Source of the DNA: Eledone cirrhosa | Lineage: Eukaryota | Length of the DNA stretch: 64,000 nt | Direction: 5' to 3' | Assembly: GCA_964016885.1 (NCBI GenBank) | Contig: OZ024754.1 | Location: forward strand, 22,878,001 to 22,942,000 | In this document: in pieces, positions 63,001 to 64,000 of the stretch | How positions within the stretch are numbered: position 1 is the stretch's first letter | How the letters are laid out: each line of letters opens with the position of its first letter | Made by a program: the position numbers and the translations under genes | Notes under the pieces: generated by a model | Database searches by the model: none | What the model was told of the DNA's origin: nothing | The model's input: only the letters and a program-made list of their open reading frames with translations

Positions 63001-64000
63001 AGACTCTACACCCCAGTCTAGGTGGTATATCTCACCTGGGAGTTACAGACTCCACACCCCTGTCTAGGTGGTATTTCTCAGCTGTGGTAGGGAGTGTCAC
63101 ACTCAAACACCCCAGTCTAGGTGGGATATTTCAGCTGGGAATGAAAGACTCCACACCCCAGTGTAGGTGGTATATCTCAGCTGTGGTAGGGAGTCGTAGA
63201 CTCTACACCCCAGTCTAGGGGTTATATCTCAGCTGGGAATGACAAACTCTACACTCCAGTCTAGGTGGTATATCACAGCTGTGGTAGGGAGTGGTAGACT
63301 CTACACACCAGTTTAGGGATGGTTTATCTCAGTTGTGGTAGGGAGTGGTAGACTATACACCCCTGTCTAGGTGGTATATCTCAGCTGTTGTAGGGAGTGG
63401 TAGACTATACACCCCAGTGTAGGTGGTATATCTCAGCTGTGGTAGGGAGCGGTAGACTCTACACTCCAGTCTAGGTGGTATATCACAGCTGTGGTAGGGA
63501 GTGGTAGACTCTACACACCTCTCTAGGTGGTATATCTCAGCTGTGGTAGGGAGTGACAGACTCTGCAGCCCAGTTTAGGTGGTATATCTCAGCTGTTGGA
63601 GGGAGTGGTAGACTATACACCCCAGTCTAGGTGGTATATCTAAACTGTGGTAGTGTGTGACAGACTCTACCCCCTAGTCTAGATGGTATATCTCAGCTAG
63701 GAATGACAGACTCTACACTCCAGTGTAGGTGGTATATCTCAGCTGTTGGAGGGAGTGACAGACGAGACCCCAGTCTAGGTGGTATACCTCAGCTGGGATT
63801 GACAGACTACACCCCAGTCTAGGTGGTATATCTCAGCTGGGGTAGGGAGTGACAGACTCTACACCCCAGTCTAGGTGGTATATCTCAGCTGTGGTAGGGA
63901 GTGGTAGACTCTACACCCCTGTCTAGGTGGTATATCTCAGCTGGGAGTGACAGACTCTACACCCCAGTCTAGGTGGGATATCTCAGGAGTGGTAGACTCT
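56200..64000. repeat. Distal HOR domain with variable 1.7-2.5-kb period
   Basis: atgaaagact at 56612, 58865, 61408, 63141 (spacings 2253, 2543, 1733); caggagtggt at 57061, 59314, 61857, 63984. Variants gacgagaccc and caattgggg were seen only here. Confidence 0.82.

Larger units (their letters stand above)
8290..64000. repeat. Large tandem satellite array (52-bp consensus; 50, 46, 44 and rarer length variants), open at the right edge
   Basis: Consensus GTGACAGACTCTACACCCCAGTCTAGGTGGTATATCTCAGCTGTGGTAGGGA repeats head-to-tail in one orientation, with no foreign insertion seen. About 1,100 monomers, estimated as 55.7 kb divided by ~50 bp. Confidence 0.98.

Noticed and set aside
8290-64000. CRISPR-like array (conserved core alternating with variable segments)
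   Set aside because: The variable parts are alleles of one consensus, not unique spacers; there are no cas genes and the context is a spliceosomal eukaryotic gene.
8290-64000. Functional tRNA gene cluster or amber suppressor tRNAs
   Set aside because: No T-arm/B-box (GTTCRA), no 3' acceptor strand and no canonical 5-bp/7-nt anticodon arm. Only a possible ancestral resemblance is reported.
8290-64000. Hammerhead ribozyme satellite (CTGATGG variant; CTGAGA on the minus strand)
   Set aside because: Neither strand of the consensus has the CUGANGA plus GAAA core.

Overview
This is eukaryotic DNA. The AT-rich introns and repeat families resemble those of octopus/cephalopod genomes, but that assignment is my inference. 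Bases 1-8.2 kb hold five consecutive, in-phase GT-AG coding exons of a TPRA1/GPR175 ortholog on the + strand. Their introns contain TTAA-flanked piggyBac-type MITEs (one inserted into a copy of itself, one nested in a different MITE), degraded SINE fragments, and a decayed, 5'-truncated RTE-clade LINE whose reverse transcriptase carries an in-frame C4HC3 PHD-type finger. From ~8,290 to the window end (>55 kb, roughly 1,100 monomers) runs an uninterrupted tandem satellite with a 52/50/46/44-bp monomer. It starts ~330 bp after an open splice donor, so it appears to lie inside a TPRA1 intron. The array is layered into higher-order repeats of ~2.2, ~2.5, ~5.4 and 8.021 kb. Its monomer resembles the 5' two-thirds of a tRNA or SINE head without the T-arm. 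All ORFs listed inside the array are artefacts of the repeat.
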